This document shows, piece by piece, positions 51,695 to 52,537 of a DNA stretch of 52,537 nucleotides. Position 1 is the first letter of the stretch, and each line of letters opens with the position of its first letter. The notes under the pieces were generated by a model. That model worked only from the letters and a program-made list of their open reading frames with translations, did no database searches and was not told where the DNA came from. The stretch is from Bigelowiella natans CCMP2755 (lineage: Eukaryota > Protista > Cercozoa). Location: assembly GCA_000320545.1 (NCBI GenBank), contig ADNK01001741.1, positions 1-52,537 on the forward strand. Direction: 5' to 3'. Position numbers and translations under genes: made by a program.

Positions 51695-51770
51695 TATGTA
51701 CTATGTGTGCGTGTGTGTAATAAATGACATCTCAACGCAACTCTATCTCTCCTCCTCCTCCTCCTCTTCA

Positions 51771-52537
51771 CTAGACAACAATCCACATTCTGCGCACCGC
51801 ACCACTAACCAGGGACAACATCAGCCGGCGGATCTCAGTGCAGTTTAGCTCGCGAACAGCGCCCACGGGCAGATCCAGTTCCCCGCCCCCCCCTCTCCCC
51901 AGTGTGACTGGGCCTACCCTCACCCTCTGCAACCGCCTCACATCGGGAAATCGAATGAGTGCAAGCATGCGACGAATTTGCCTGAATCTTCCTTCGTGCA
52001 GCGTGACCTGTGCGGGCGGAGAAGGAGGAGGAGGAGGAGGAGGAGGAGGAGGAGGAGGAGGAAAGGGGGAAATGAGCACCGGGGGGGGGTGGTGGTGGGG
52101 GGGGGGGAGGGGAGCCAGCTATGTGGGTTGGGGCTCATATAGTCACCTCCAGCGTCGGGTCTGAAGTCGTCTATGCTTCCACAACCGGGGAGCGGGGTAA
52201 TGAGCTTTACGAACTGTATGGTTTTCTGCGTAACTTCGCTTTTCTTTCTCAAGAGCTCCAAGGTAACCCACCTTGTTCCTTCATGTACGAATATTACGAA
52301 ATACTTGTAAACCATCCATGCTGTTAGGCATGGTCTTTACATCATAGTGAATTTCTATTCCACATCCGGTTTTTTCTTGTGGATATCAGGGTACACATTT
52401 TTGCTTCTTTTTGACAGGCATCGTCCTCAATCTTTGCTTTATTCCGATGCTGTGTTCATCCCTTTCTTGGGCGCTTGGGATCAAAGATCGGAGATCTTTT
52501 TGTTTTGGGCTACATTCACAGGGCCTTGGCAAAAGAT
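51771..52537 (-). CDS. RsuA/RluB-family pseudouridine synthase (partial; begins beyond the window)
   Basis: VTLHEGRFRQIRRMLALIRFPDVRRLQRVRVGPVTLG..LPVGAVRELN is the typical C-terminal motif set (EGxxRQIRRM, LxRxxxGxxxL). Confidence 0.75.

Larger units (their letters stand above)
18550..51700. repeat. Numerous intronic microsatellites (AT)n, (CA)n, (GA)n, (TAG)n, (CAT)n, poly-G/C
   Basis: Directly visible, e.g. 18560-18590, 18850-18925, 19710-19790, 27100-27155, 40875-40945. Confidence 0.95.

Noticed and set aside
18499-52327. ORFs with YIYIYI, HTHTHT, ERERER or CVCVCV runs
   Set aside because: Translations of intronic microsatellites.

Overview
Gene-dense, intron-rich nuclear DNA of a microbial eukaryote. 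A chlorarachniophyte-like alga is inferred from GT-AG introns, microsatellite-filled introns and signal-peptide+transit-peptide leaders on Whirly and an NSF-like AAA protein; the taxon is not proven. Genes I could reconstruct: an ankyrin-repeat/SAM/caspase-like locus (1.6-10.6 kb, minus strand), a hypothetical gene, 3R-MYB, SPX-RING E3 ligase, class-I PLP aminotransferase (AADAT/Aro8-like), Whirly, NSF-like AAA ATPase, a large hypothetical gene, a SPIRAL1-like PGG-motif protein, NXT1/NTF2-like, DUF2817 (M14-like) and a partial RsuA/RluB-type pseudouridine synthase. Two things stand out. (1) A tandem array of ~410-bp intron+exon cassettes in which each 99-nt phase-1 exon encodes one ankyrin repeat, with a near-invariant core and variation at ligand-binding positions. 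It lies upstream of a SAM + caspase (His/Cys intact) module, making a candidate exon-shuffled immune-receptor/protease system. (2) Islands of ~0.5-1.6 kb of purine/pyrimidine-alternating, palindrome-rich DNA (GCTAGC/GCATGC/TGCA) downstream of all well-defined gene 3' ends and never at divergent promoters. One island is almost free of TpA, suggesting a terminator-associated DNA modification or mutation system. Exon boundaries were read by eye and are approximate unless stated.
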